Positions 25,600 through 39,829 of a DNA stretch of 64,000 nt are shown here, one piece after another. Both the position numbers and the translations under genes were made by a program. Under the pieces are notes generated by a model that ran no database searches, was not told where the DNA came from, and saw only the letters and a program-made list of their open reading frames with translations. Origin of the DNA: Raja brachyura (taxonomy: Eukaryota); NCBI GenBank assembly GCA_963514005.1, contig OY740790.1:49042001-49106000 (forward strand), read 5' to 3'. Position 1 is the first letter of the stretch. Every line of letters starts with the position of its first letter.

Positions 25600-26612
25600 G
25601 GCAGCACGGTGGAGCAGCGGTAGGGTGTCTGCCTTATGGATCTGTCCCACTTAGGCGACTGCAGGAGACTGTGCAATCGCCACATATTTGCGGGTGGTTG
25701 CCGGGGAGTTGCCTTCATGGTCATGAAGTGTTTCTGCATTTTGGGAACTAGTCGCGGCCTCATTATTGTCACCGTAAATTCATCAAGATGTTGACAAATT
25801 AGCGATGACTAGAATGAAGCTGCCATGGAGAGTAGGGAGAATTCTCATGCCGCAGGTGGGTCGCCAGGAGGTCCTAGTGGGTTGCCAGGAGGTCGAAGGT
25901 CCTCACAGCCAGTGCTGACCGGTCAATTTCATTGGAGCAAAAAAAAACGTAAGCAGTAGTTTTCAGAACCAAGGATAACCGACCGGTAATGTTAAATGTC
26001 CGCTGAGCTTCACTGTCGTGTATCTCTGCCTTCTTAAAGTTGCCCCCCCCCCCTTCTTTTAAAGGACTTGCCATACATTGTGCTTTTGTCATCTTAATTA
26101 CAGCGCCAACCTTCCTGTTCATCGTGGTGTGTGTTTGTATCGAATTGGCTTTGCACTGTGTGAATTTCACTCCAACAGTGCTCCCCCCGCTTGCCCTGTC
26201 TCCCGCTTAGATCACAGGCTGGTGAAGGAAACGATGTGTGTGTGTTCCACTCTGACATTCGCCGTTCCAGTTGCCAATTTTTCAGGCGACTGCCGGCAAC
26301 TTGGCAGTCGCCTGAAAAATCACCTAAGTGGGATAGACCCATTATAGCGTCAGAGACTCTGGTTCGATCCTGACTACGGGTGCTGTCTGTACGGAGTTTG
26401 TATGTTATCTCTGTGACTGGGTGGGTTTTCTCCTGGCGCTGGTTTCTTCCCACACTCCAAAGACCTACAGGTTTGTAGGTTAATTGTCTTTGGTAAAAAT
26501 TGTAAATTGTCCCGTGTGTAGGATAGTGCCAGTGTATGGGAACCGCTGCTCGGCAGGGACTTGGTGGCCCGAAGGGCCTGTTTTCGTGCAGTATCTCTAT
26601 ACTAAAAAAAAC
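25600..26612 (+). mobile_element. V-SINE split by a MITE, itself nested in an older antisense V-SINE (about 25520-25599 and 26620-26720)
   Basis: ggcagcacggtggagcagcgg..gcctta | tagcgtcagagactctggttcgatcc rejoin into an A-box/B-box head; V-domain and tail follow. Confidence 0.85.
25637..26341. mobile_element. PIF/Harbinger-like MITE (705 bp)
   Basis: TIRs TGGATCTGTCCCACTTAGG / CCTAAGTGGGATAGACCCA with a 3-bp TTA target duplication (25634-25636, 26342-26344) and a subterminal palindrome. Confidence 0.85.
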
Positions 26613-26939
26613 TAAAAGATGTTCACATAGAGAACAGGCAAACTCCACTCCTGAGGTCAGAATTGAATCTGGGCCTCTGGCGCTGTGAGGAAAATGGTTG
26701 ATTATTTGCCATTGTGCTGTTTGCTTAACAGGATGTCAGCTAAATGCCATGTCTGCCTGAGTTGATCTTTGTAAAATAACTAATCGCACAGCTCTCCACA
26801 ATCTACAAGGTACAAATCTATGATAGAATTTCCTTTACTTGCTCGTCGAGTATAGCTTCAACATTACTTGAATTTCAACAACATCCAAACCAAAGATTTT
26901 GATGAATATCTTAGTGCAGTATGCAAAGGTAACCCTGTG

Positions 26940-27100
26940 CTTTTAGTCACCTGCCACTTTAACTCTATCCTTTTCTCATTCTGTCTTTGGGTTCCAATTG
27001 CTCTGACTATTGTCCAAATGTAAGCTCACAAAACAGCATCTCATCTTTCATCTGGGCACATTACAGCTCTCAAGGCTTACTATGGAATTGCAGAAAATCG
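26940..27100 (+). mobile_element. Decayed Penelope GIY-YIG C-terminal fragment
   Basis: Translates to CKLTKQHLIFHLGTLQ, matching EEQHLIFHLGSLH of the 22211-22606 ORF. Confidence 0.6.
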
Positions 27101-27108
27101 CACTTCTA

Positions 27109-28721
27109 CAGTGGCTTGCAAAAGTTTTCATACCCCTTGAACTTTTCCACATTTTGTCACGTTACAACCACAAACGTAAATGTATTTTATTGGGATTTTA
27201 TGTGATAGACTAACACAAAGTGGTGCATAATTGTGAAGTGGAAGGAAAATGATACATGGTTTTCAAATTTTTTTTACAAATAAAAAAAACTGAAAAGTGT
27301 GGCGTGCAAAGGTATTCAGCCCCCTTTACTCTGATACCCCTAAATAAAATCCAGTGCAACCAATTGCCTTCAGAAGTCACCTAATTAGTAAATAGAGTCC
27401 ACTTGTGTGTAATCTAATCACAGTATAAATACAGCTGTTTTGTGAAGGGCTCAGAGGTTTGTTAGAGAACATTAGTGAACAAACAGCATCATGAAGTCCA
27501 AGGAACACACCAGACAGGTCAGGGATAAAGTTGTGGAGAAGTTTAAAGCAGGGTTAGGTTATAAAAAAAATCCCAAGCTTTGAACATCTCACGGAGCACT
27601 GTTCAATCCATCATCCGAAAATGGAAAGAGTATGGCACAACTGCAAACCTACCAAGACATGGCCGTCCACCTAAACTGACAGGCAAGGATTGCATTGATC
27701 AGAGAAGCAGCCTAGAGGCCCATGGTAACTCTGGAGGAGCTGCAGAGATCGACAGCTCGGGTGGGAGAATCTGTCCACAGGACAACTATTAGTCGTGCAC
27801 TCCACAAATTGGGCCTTTATGGAAGAGTGGCAAGAAGAAAGCCATTGTTGAAACAAAGCCATAAGAAATCCCGTTTGCAGTTTGCCACATGCCATGTGGG
27901 GGACACAGCAAACATGTGGAGGAAGGTGCTCTGGTCTGATGAGACCAAAATTGAAATTTTTGGCCTAAATGCAAAGCACTATGTTTGGCGGAAAACTAAC
28001 ACTCCACATCACCCTGAACACACCATCCCCACTGTGAAACGTGGTGGCAGCATCATGCTGTGGGGATGCTTTTCTTCAGTAGGGACAGGGAAGCTGGTCA
28101 GAGTTGATGGGAAGATGGATGGAGCCAAATACAGGGCAATCTTGGAAGAAAACCTGTTAGAGTCGGCAAAAGACTTGAGACTGGGGCGGAGGTTCACCTT
28201 CCAGCAGGACAACGACCCTAAACATACAGCCAGAGCTACGATGGAATGGTTTAGATCAAAGCATATTCATCTGTTAGAATGGCCCAGTCAAAGTCCAGAC
28301 CTAAATCCAATTGAGAATCTCTGGCAAGACTTGAAAATTGCTGTTCACATCCACTCGCGCTCCATCCAATCTGACTGAGCTTGAGCTATTTTGCAAAGAA
28401 GAATGGGCAAAAATGTCGGTCTCTAGATGTGCAAAGCTGGTAGAGACATACCCCAAAAGACTTGCAGCTGTAATTGCAGCGAAAGGTGGTTCTACAAAGT
28501 ATTGACTCGGGGGCAGAATACTTTTGCACGCCACACTTTTCAGTTTTTTATTTGTAATAACATTTGGAAACCATGTATCATTTTCCTTCCACTTCACAAT
28601 TATGCACCACTTTGTGTTGGTGTATCACATAAAATCCCAATAAAATACATTTACGTTTGTGGTTGTAACGTGACAAAATGTGGAAAAGTTCAAGGGGTAT
28701 GAAAACTTTTGCAAGCCCCTG
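27109..28721 (+). mobile_element. Full-length Tc1 (DD34E, IR/DR type, Passport-like) transposon, 1613 bp
   Basis: TA|CAGTGGCTTGCAAAAG...CTTTTGCAAGCCCCTG|TA; TIRs of about 210 bp with inner and outer direct repeats; transposase inside. Confidence 0.96.
27491..28505 (+). pseudogene. Tc1 transposase, frameshifted
   Basis: MKSKEHTRQVRDKVVEKFKAGLGYKK...GRPPKL...WSDETK...FQQDNDPKH...[15 protein letters not shown]...KGGSTKY*, with frameshifts near 27570, 27690 and 28350. Confidence 0.93.
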
Positions 28722-29454
28722 TATATATTTCTCGCTGTAGCTGTTATTTTTTTTAAAATGTGATTATTACCTTGAAGGTTTAGACTGTGCCACATTCACT
28801 TTTTTCCTCTATTCCCCTCTCTGTAACTTAAAATGCTACATTTCTCAGTTTTCTAGTTCTACCATGCCAGCCTCTAATAATAAAGATCTATAATTTGATC
28901 TTGAAAAATGTGACTTTTGATGGTGCCATGTCTCAATGAAAGGTTGCCATCAAAGATGAGGCTGCCAGTGCCTTTCCCATCGTGGGAAAGCCATGCTTTA
29001 AGTTCAAGACCTCATATCCAGCAGAAAACCTATGGTCTTCTGGGCATTGGAGCTCTCGGCCCTCCAACACACGCCTGAGACATGAGCTACCTGTGGCAGC
29101 CTCCTCAGCATTGGGGAAATACCACACAAACTTTATGCTGAAACCTAGACATCCATTGGCAGGATAAACAAACAAAGGCTGCATCTCTACTTTGGCTTTG
29201 AAGGCCAGGCCATACTGTCTGCATGTCTGAGACCAGACTCCTGAAAATATATACTCTTGAGTTATTTCATGGTGGACGGGGGGGAAAGATTTATGTTTGT
29301 TCCCAAAGCCTCCTGTGAAAGTGTAACATCTCCATTGATATGTGGGAATTCCTGCCCAACGGTCACACAAAATAGTGAAGGAAAATTTGGAATGGCATTG
29401 AAAATTTCCAATCCATTTCTTGGGCGTGTACGGGAAAGCCAAAGTAAACCTTGG

Positions 29455-29558
29455 AAAGAATGATGGACACAATGCGCTGGAGTAACTCAGTGGGCCATGC
29501 AGCATTTTTTGAGAAAAAAGGATCGGTAACGTTATGGGTCGGGACCCTTCTTCAGACA
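29455..29558 (-). mobile_element. Penelope pLTR fragment
   Basis: Reverse complement reads gtctgaagaagggtcccgacccataacgttacc...ctgagttactccagc. Confidence 0.75.
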
Positions 29559-32500
29559 TTTAGATAGAATGAACCATCTCCCAACCTGTGACAGAATATT
29601 CTAGTTGTTAATTGGTCTAATTAGCCGCCTCTAAATCGATTGAACCGGAATGGAGCAAATCTCTTTGATCCCAAGGGACTGCCTAAGAAGAGGATGAAAA
29701 GAAAAAAGCGAAAGTCACAACATCTGCTGCCCTAACTCACCTTTCCATAAATCCAGGTTTATATGATTTATTTTTTGCCTGGTATCAGATCACTTTAGTA
29801 AAGATCAAAGCATGCAATTTTACCTCAGTGCATTGTGAGCTGCAGTATGGAATATGTTGAGGCCCCTTGTCTCTCAGTTACAGGACGGTAAGGTCAATAA
29901 CATACCAAAGAATGATTTAACACTCTATTGCCACTGTCATTTACACTTTTTGTAAAATATTAATACCACGGATCAGGATCTGATTTTACACACTTTTAAA
30001 GGCATTGTTTTAAGAATGTTATGAACCAAAACGTGCAGATATCCAGCCTTTTCCATCTCTATCCCTTTAACGTTGTCACATTGAAAGGAAGCAAGGCATA
30101 GTATTTACATTGAACCTTTTCTTGTGTTCGATAATGGATTAAGTACTTTTGAAGTGTTTTTAGTGTTGCCTTGCAGGAAAAAACAGCCAGGTAGCTACAA
30201 AGAAAAGGTTGTTTTATTGGTGATGGTGTGAGTTAATACTGGAGGGACAATTACACTGATTCCCTGCTCTTTGAATAGTGAATTGGTATCGTTTACATCC
30301 ATCTGAATAGCCTGAAAGGCATATATTTTAATTCAAAGCTCAACTCTTCTAACAGTGTAGCATCTATATAGTGAGAATTTTGAGATGAATAGAATCAATG
30401 GTCTTTAGATGTGAGAATCCTATTATTGAAGCATAGCTGACTTTGTGTTGGCTTATTTTTGCATGGTGTATGGCAGAATGGAATACTGGGTTGGTTTGGT
30501 TCCAATGCTGTTAGTTTGCTGCCCTTCATTGTATAGTAATGGAGATGTCCTGGGCACAAGCCTAGTTGCTCACCAGAGAAAAAGGATGAAACGCTCGGGC
30601 AGATGACTCTTCCTTGGTACGTGTCACAGAAATATTTGCAACAGATCTGCATTGTGAAGGTGGAGTTTAAATGTCTGGATATCTAGTCACTATCTTGATG
30701 CATACAATGTGTCGACTGTTAAATCTTCAATGCCTCTCAGCATTTTATAACCACTTTTCACAATTTGGCTCACCCCAATTACATCTTGTGACTCAAGGGC
30801 TACAAGGTTGATGAGGGCAACCTTCTTACCATCTACAATATGTCAATTGACACGATTCTGTCTGCATCTTGTCATTCCTTTGGGTTCATATCAATAACAC
30901 ATTTCCTAATTAACCACAAAGGGTACGTCAGTTTGTTTGTGCAGATATCCCCTGAGACAAATGGATATTCTTAATGTTTTGCAAATGGGGAACTGTTTTG
31001 CAGTATTTCTGGGTAACCATAGGGATAGTCAGTAAAATGGTAGGGGTGCTGGGAAGGGCATGAAACTTGTGGGGTTGGCATACAGCTGAGAGTAAAGGCA
31101 TTTTGTTACATTAGCTGTGTCGCAATAGATTGTTTGGAAAAACCTGATCTGCAGAAAACATTTGTAATTATGTTAATTCATTTATATTTTGCTGCAGCCT
31201 TTGCCTTCATTAGCACAAAATAGCAGAGGAATTGGTTACATTAAATTGTAGTGTACCTGGGAAATAATGCTTTCTTGTACGGAATGGTGGGTACTCTTAT
31301 TGCTTTGAGGTATATGTTATAGTTTCACTTTGAATTGATCGGTTTCATTCTGGGTGTGAGAATTTGTTTGGATTTATTTTCAAATATTAAAAAGGTTCCT
31401 GATTAATGCATCACTGCCTATTGATTTTTTTTAAGTAATTTGTTCCATTGGTGAACAGTGATGAAAATATCAGTGAACTATGTTTGCAATACTAATACTG
31501 TCAGTTAGGAAATGCCAAAATAATATACTTCAGCCATACATATGAAGTCGTATTTAGGTCAAATTCTGGTCATTACTTTGGTTGATGATTAATGCATTCT
31601 TTAAAATAAGCTCTTAATTTGCTCTGTTTTATAGTTACAGAGTATGGTCCTGTAATGGCCACATTTTCTTTATTCGGGATCGTGGAAACTGTTAGCTTAT
31701 TATCTTAATCCCTCTTCACAAGAACAAATGCAACAATATTCTATTGGCATTTTCAAGCAAGGGTCCTCAGCAAAATAATTCCCACCTGAAAAATACAAAT
31801 TCTTTCGACTGAAAATAAAAAAAAAATAAGGTGTTGATTTTAGACCAGCAAGTAAAAACTGGGCTATACTTGGCAGAATAGTTTTTAAATGTGGAGTGGG
31901 AACTCTTTACAACTGTTCCACCTTTCAAGACTACTGTAGAACATTAAGAGGGTCCCAGTTTGCCATTTTATCTGAAAGATGGTAGCTGCAATCTTTTCAG
32001 TTTAATGTTGCCCTCGATTATGTACACATCCATAAATTTATGCTTCAACTGGAAGGAAGAAGTGTAACTACTAAGCCAAATCCACAGGTTTATGGGAAAT
32101 TCTCCTTTGTACTGATACTTATCTGCTAATCAAAATTTCTAAAAATTATTGTCTTTCATTACATTTAGTGGGGCCACATCGGTGCGCAAATTCGGTTGCT
32201 GCATCTTCCAGCATCTCACATATGACTACACTGCAAAAGCACTAGAATGGTGTCTCTGCAACATTGCCTATATTCATTGTGAGGAAAAGCAAATCACTGT
32301 CAGTGTTCTCTTCCAGGCTCCACTCCAATAGAGTGTTTGTTGGGGGATAAAGTGAAATATTGCACTGGAAAAACACTGAAAAGAGCTTCGGGGAATGACA
32401 CACCACTGATTCTGTACTGAAATTGGGTCCTTCGTGTACCCCACTGGTTAAGATCACATCTTGCTGTCCATCATGAATGTCTCCAGGCAGCCGCATTCCC

Positions 32501-35500
32501 AAAATGTAATTTTTGTACACTGCAAATGCAGTCATCGTGGAGCTGTAGAAGCAAGTGGTACAGGAGAAAACCATTCATTGTGTGTGTGCTAACTGAAGAG
32601 GAGCTTCAAACTCGTAAGAACTATCTACCTTGGTTCCATTTTTGTAGTTTATATGCAAGCCTTCCTCAACTTTGCACAAAGTTTGCATTTTAGTATATTT
32701 TATATATGACAAATGTTCCTGTGGAATATTAATTACAGAATCTGAATTACATATTTGAATGAGATTGTTGTATATTAAAAGTAAACAGAAATCCACAGTG
32801 CAGATATGGTGAGCGATCTGAGAGATAATGTGATGATTCCAAGTTGATCTTCCTTTTCTGGAGTTTAGACTGTCTGTGTTTAAACTGAGGTTTTTGTTAA
32901 CGCTTTTATAACTAAACACTGCACGTGATATGGCTGAGCCTCATTAAACTTTTTTTCTTTTAAATGCCCAGTAGCTAATTGCATCAGCAGAGCTGTTTGC
33001 AAACAAAGCTCTGGCAAATGGTGCACATGTAGCCTTTCACCATCATGATTTTTCACAGCCCTTTCTGTCATAGTATTTCTATACATGTGGTGTTAACTTC
33101 CCTTACTTGTTCCAGAGAGATTAGCAAATGAGACTTGTTATCCTCCATATGAAGGCAAAGTGACTTTGTCAGTCTGTATATTTTGCATATTAAAAGGCCA
33201 TTTTCTGTGTTCAGTCAGGTGTGTCAATATGGAATCTCTGTTGTGACTATTAACTTGACCCTAATCAGAATTTATCCAATTAAATGCAAAGGTGTCTTTC
33301 ACATGGGATTGCTGAACATTGTCTCCAAGATGCATACGTTGTTTAAAAATTGATGAGCTGTTTCATTTTTGGTGGTATATATTAGTTTTTTTTACTCTTG
33401 AATTCACATTTTGAGCATTTATTGTTCCTAGAATAAGGTACTGTTCTGTTTTAAGATGATGAAAACCCAGTTTAATTTTGATATTTAAAAATGCACTTAC
33501 CACAAATGTGAATTAGCCTAGATAATATTCAATTCCCTGTGAAAATTCCTAACTGGTAAAGCTTAACATACTATACAATATCTTTAGCATTGACGTTAAG
33601 TTAAAAAACACTTTGCACGTGTATTCCAAATTTTCCAATAAGTCATTCATTAGAATAAGCTTGTTCAATACAATAAGATTTCTTGTGGCAGTCTCAAAAC
33701 CAAAACTGTACGATTGATGTACATGGACATGACATAGCAATAATAGAATGCTGTAGGTATTAGATAAGTACAGGTAATGTATCCAATGGCATTTATTTGG
33801 ACAGGTCATACCATCAATTCTAATTCTTAACCCTGTAGAATCATGAATTAGTTAAAGCAGCGTAAGAGACCATTCAGTCTATTGTGGTGGTATTGGCTCT
33901 TGTGGAACAATGCAATAATTCCCATTCCCTTGCTCTTTATTGCGGTGCCTCAAGTATTTAACTAGTTCCCTTTCAAGACCCCTGATTCTGAATTTTGTTT
34001 CCATCATCTTGACAAATATTGAAGTGCAGATCATAACACACCCTGCACATAAAGGAATTACCTGCACTGGATTGATGAAGCAGGGGTTGGTCTGGCCCAG
34101 TGTGATGGTGTTACTTCTGTTCAGTGCTGCAGGCTGCATTAGATTTACTCGCTAACCCAGCTGCTACAGCACTTGTAGCCACAGCACGACCTGCAACTAT
34201 TCGCAAACGACCCATCCATTGCCTAGGGCAGCCACCCCTCCGCTTTCTTGCGCCAAGGTCATTTCCCGAGCTGATCACAGGACTTTAGAGTGCTTTCTGT
34301 GGGCGGGAGAGATGAGCTTATGGAACATTCACAGCTGTTGACTTTTCCCTTCACCTTTTGCCACCGCCATCCATTATTGTCTGAATTCTGTTTGTAAGCC
34401 ATGTGGCGATTCTACAATTGACCCGATGAACATATAATTCACTTTCAGGAATTTCTTTCAATTAGAGATCTTGATCTTCAGATAGCCAAATATAGTTTGA
34501 ACAAAGTGGTTAATTTGGCATCAAATTGTCACTTCAGTTGCTATAACCAATCTTGGCTTCCATCCTGAATTATATCATCATAAAGCTGACATTAAATGAT
34601 AACTTTATAAGTGCAATGGAGCCTACCTGATTTATTATTGTCATGGCCTTTTGCAAAATCTGGAAGGTTAATTCATCAGATTTATTGGTAAACTATATTG
34701 GTTCTGAAGGTAGATAACATTCATAAAATAAAATCTGAAGGAAGCCGTCTGTCTGGCACTGCCTCTTGTTTTTAAAAGAGTGTTCAAGAAGATTTATGAT
34801 TAAAGTTGGGACAGCATGGGAACTTAACGGCAGTAGTTTTATGTCCTTCATATTTGTGTCCTTTATATTGGCAGACTGTGGTTTAATTCCAGTAGTTCCT
34901 TGGACATCAATGTACTAACTTCATTGAAATGCAAGGTAGAAGCGATTAGATAGAAGCAGGAGTATCAAATCTATTTTTTTGGATTTAATTTTCTTGAGAT
35001 TCTAAATAGTTTAGTAAAATGGCTAATTTAAAATGTGACGACCTGTGTTAAAATAGTTCCTATACTTGTCACAACTCATTGATGTGATGATGTGGCAAAA
35101 TGCTCTTCATTGAGAAATTAATCAGACCGTGACAGTCAGAATTTTAATTTTATGCTCTTCTGCATAGATTAAAACTAGAATGTGAATTGGCTGCTATTTG
35201 ACGTTTATTGTGGGTTCCCTAAAAATCACATTGCCGCACATAATACTATAATTCACTTGCAACTGTTTTCTGACACTTCTGAAAACTTGCATTTTGAAAA
35301 TCAATATTAGAGAGATGTGATGCTCACCATAATTAAAAGAGTACATTGGCAGCAGATTTTGGCTACAACGTTAGGGAAGTGAAATGTAGAAATTTAGTCG
35401 CCACCCTGCTCCTCCATAGACAGTAACATTAGCCTATCTGGTAAATTCAATATCGAATTACATGGCAATATATACTGATAAGCAGAAATAAATGCTGCAG

Positions 35501-35744
35501 GTTTGTTAAGAGTAGTATGCCAGAGTTTTGATGTGCACCTGACACCACAGATAAATGCTGGCACTAAAGTGGGCAACATGTGTTCCCTGCCTGGAAAAAA
35601 AAACAGACTTTGCAGCTTTTTTAAAACCTGACTGATTTTTAGTAATTTCTCTTCTGTAGTTTTACTCAACTTGTCTTCAGTTCAGGAAATATAAGCTGAT
35701 TCATGCAGAATGTTCAGAATATTGGCTGGGTATGTAAGATATTT

Positions 35745-38700
35745 GCAAAGGCTACTTGGGAGACTATAAACTAGATCGGTTGGGGGGGGAGGGATTCAAA
35801 TAGAGAAATCTAGTAGACAGTGTGTGAGGCAGGAGGCAGAGAAGGGAAGCACTCAGACCCAACATGTAGGGGGGAAAGAAGAAAAAATAAATAGAAAATA
35901 AGAGGTGGTGGGTTTCTTAAATGTGTGAGCAGAGAGACGGAGGGGTGTAAAATGAGGGTAGAAGCAATAGGTAGCAAGGTGAAAAGTAAAAGTGGCAGGC
36001 TGACAAATCCAGGGCAAAAATCAAAAAGGGCCACTTTTCAACATAATTGTATAAGCGGTAAGAGCGTTGTAAAAACAAGCCTGAAGGCTTTGTGTCTCAA
36101 TGCAAGGAGCATTTGTAATAAGGTGGATGAATTGAATGTACAGATGGCTATTAATGATTATGATATAGTTGGGATCACGGAGACATGGCTCCAGGGTGAG
36201 CAAGGCTGGGAGCTGAACATCCAGGGATATTCAATATTCAGGAGGGATAGATAGAAAGGAAAAGGAGGTGGGGTAGCATTGCTGGTTAGAGAGGAGATTA
36301 ACGCAATAGAAAGGAAGGACATTAGCTTGGAGGATGTGGAATGGATATGAGTAGAGCTGCGAAACACTAAGGGGCAGAAAACGCTAGTGGGTGTTGTGTA
36401 CAGGCCACCTAACAGTAGTAGGGAGTTGGGGATGGCATCAAACAGGAAATTAGAAATGCGTGCAACAAAGGTAAAACAGTTATAATGGGTGACTTCAATC
36501 TACATATAGATTGGATGAATCAAATTGGCAGGGGTGCTGAGGATGAGGATTTCTTGGAATGTATGCGGGATAGTTTTCTAAATGAACATGTAGAGGAACC
36601 AAGAAGAGAGCAGGCTATTCTTGACTGGGTATTGAGTAATGAGGAAGGGTTAGTTAGCAGCCTTGTTGTGCGTGGCCCCTTGGGCAAGAGTAACCATAAT
36701 ATGGTTGAGTTCTTCATTAGGATGGAGAGTGACATTGTTAATTCAGAAACACGGGTCCTGAACTTAAAGGTAACTTTGAGGGTATGAGACTTGAATTGGC
36801 CAAGATAGACTGGTAATTGATTCTTAAAGGGTTGATGGTGGATATGCAATGGAAGGCATTTAAAGGCTGCATGGATGAACGACAACAATTGTTCATTCCA
36901 GTTTGGCAAAAGAATAAATCGGGGAAGGTGGTGCATCCGTGGATAACAAGGGAAATCAGGGATAGTATCAAAACAAAAGATGAAGCGAACAAATTAACCA
37001 GAAAAAGCAGCCTACAAGAGGACTGGGATAAATTCAGAGTCCAACAGAGAAGGACAAAGGGCTTAATTAGGAAAGGGAAAATAGATTATGAAAGAAAACT
37101 GGCAGGGAACATAAAAACTAACTGCAAAAGTTTTTATAGGTATGTGAAGAGAAAAAGATTAGTTAAAACAAATGTAGGCATCTTGCAGTCAGAAACAGGT
37201 GAATTGATCATGGGGAACAAGGACATGGAAGACCAATTGAATAACTACTTTGGTTCTGTCTTCACTAAGGAAGACATAAATAATCTGACGGAAATAGCAG
37301 GGGATCGCGGGTCAAATGAGATGGAGGAACTGAGTGAAATCCAGGTTAGCCGGGAAGTGGTGTTAGGTAAATTGAATGGATTAAAGGCCGATAAATCCCC
37401 AGGGCCAGATAGGCTGCATCCCAGGGTACTTAAGGAAGTAGCCCCATAAATAGTGGATGCCTCAGTGATAATTTTTCAAAACTCTTTAGATTCTAGAGTA
37501 GTTCCTGAGGATTGAGGGTTGCTAATGTAACCCTACTTTTTAAAAAAGGGAGGGAGAGGAAAAAATGGGTAATTACAGACCAGTTAGTCTAACATCGGTA
37601 GCGGGGAAACTGCTAGAGTCGGTTAATAAAGATGGGATAGCAGCACATTTGGAAAGTGGTGAAATCATTGGGCAAAGTCAACATGGATTTACGAAAGGTA
37701 AATCATGTCTGATGAATCTTATAGAATTTTTCGAGGATGTAACTAGTAGAGTGGATAAGGGAGAACCAGTAGATGTGTTATATCTGGAATTTCAGAAGAT
37801 TTTCGACAAGGTCCCACATAAGAGATTAGTATACAAACTTAAAGCACACGGTATTGGGGGTTCAGTATTGATGTGGATGGAGAACTGGCTGGCAAACAGG
37901 AAGCAAAGAGTAGGAGTAAACGGGTCCTTTTCAGAATGGCAGGCAGTGACTAGTGGGGTACCGCAAGGCTCAGTGCTGGGACCCCAGCTATTTACAATAT
38001 ATATTAATGATTTGGACGAGGGAATTGAATGCAACATCTCCAAGTTTGCGGATGACAAGAATCTGGGGGGCAGTGTTAGCTATGAGGAGGATGCTAGGAG
38101 GCTGCAAGGTGACTTGGATAGGCTGGGTGAGTGGGCAAATGCATGGCAGATGCAGTATCATGTGGATAAATGTGAGGTTATCCACTTTGGTGGCAAAAAC
38201 AGGAAAGTAGACTATTATCTGAATGGTGGCCGATTGGGATAAGGGGAGATGCAACGAGACCTGGGTGTCATGGTATACCAGTCATTGAAAGTAGGCATGC
38301 AGGTGCAGCAGGCAGTGAAGAAAGCGAATGGGATGTTAGCATTCATAGCAAAAGGAGTTGAGTACAAGAGCAGGAAGGTTCTCCTGCAGTTGTACAGGGT
38401 CTTGGTGAGACCACACCTGGAGTATTGGGTATAGTTTTGGTCTCCAAATCTGAGGAAAGACATTCTTGCCATAGAGGGAGTACAGAGAAGGTTCACCAGA
38501 CTGATTCCTGGGATGTCAGGACTTTCATATGAAGAAAGACTGGATAGAATCGGGTTGTACTCGCTAGAATTTAGGAGATTGAGGGGGGATCTTATAGAAA
38601 CTTACAAAATTCTTAAGGGGTTGGACAGGCTAGATGCAGGAAGATTGTTTCCGATGTTGGGGAGGTCCAGGACAAGGGTCACAGTTTAAGGATGAGGGGG

Positions 38701-38976
38701 AAATCTTTTAGGACTGAGATAAGCAAAACATTTTTCACACAGTGGTGAATCTCTGGAATTCTCTGCCACAGAAGGTAGTTGAGGCCAGTTCATTGGCTAT
38801 ATTTAAGAGGGAGTTAGATGTGGCCCTTGTGACTAAAGGGATCAGGGGGTATGGAGAGAAGGCAGGTACGGGATACTGAGTTGGATGATCAGCCATGATC
38901 ATATTGAATGGTGATGCAGGCTCGAAGGGCCGAATACCCTACTCCTGCACCTATTTTCTATGTTTCAATGTTTCTA
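35745..38976 (+). mobile_element. CR1 (HER1-like) LINE, about 3.2 kb, with complete but disrupted ORF2 (APE + RT)
   Basis: LCLNARSI, GITETWL, MGDFN, KSPGPD, NYRPVSLTS, GVPQGSVLGP, KFADD, LVRPHLEY; several stops and frameshifts; (TTTCTATG)-type tail. Confidence 0.96.
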
Positions 38977-39829
38977 GATGAAACTACATTTGTATAAAAA
39001 GTGATTAAAAAAAAAAAAAAAAAGTGGTTACTGCAAGAAAGTGTAAATTGCAAACATGGCAGGGCTTGGAACTTTTTGACTCATTGTGACTCCCTTATGT
39101 CATTGCATCAAGATGCATAAATAATATTCCTCATCTCCTGTAATAATGAAATTCCAACCAGGAAGAAAACTATGATTGGGGAAAAAAACAATTGTGCATT
39201 TTGGATTTTTCCTGTTTGGAAGATGATGTATAATGTTCAAGTTTGCAACGGGAAATAATAGAGAGAGAATTGCAAATCTAATCTGTGTCAATATTATACA
39301 ATGAGGTCACTTAAAAGAAGAAAAATAATTAGTCTTTGTTCAGAACATACCCTGTTGCGAAAAGGAAATTGTACTTTTCCTTCTGTTATCTTAGGCAACA
39401 GTGCTCAAGTGCCTCCATAGACTTATAGAGGGGTTAACAATGTGGTCTTTTGATGTAGTTTACAATATTATGTGAACCAGAAACATCACGATGAATCAGT
39501 CTGAATAAATAGCCTACCTCACCGACAGGCACCAACCGATTGGGGCTAGATTCTGTCAGTGCAACCCAGATCTTAAAGTACACAGGAGTGTGATTACCAG
39601 ATAATTAATTAATGATGATAGTGTAATCACTTCTAATTAATTCAGTCATAATTGTTTTAGACATAGTATTCCTGGAAGTATTATGCGTTAAGGGTGTCAG
39701 GTAAGTAAAGTTAAACCTGCCTTTGTTCGTTCCCTGAGCAAAAAAACAAATTGCTGAAGGAATTTATCCGGTCAGGTAGCATTTATAGAGGGAAATGGGC
39801 AGGCTGGATTTCGGGTGGGGCTCATTCTT

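Noticed and set aside
28933-29559. 208-aa minus-strand ORF
   Set aside because: Begins in a Penelope pLTR fragment and has no domain-like content.
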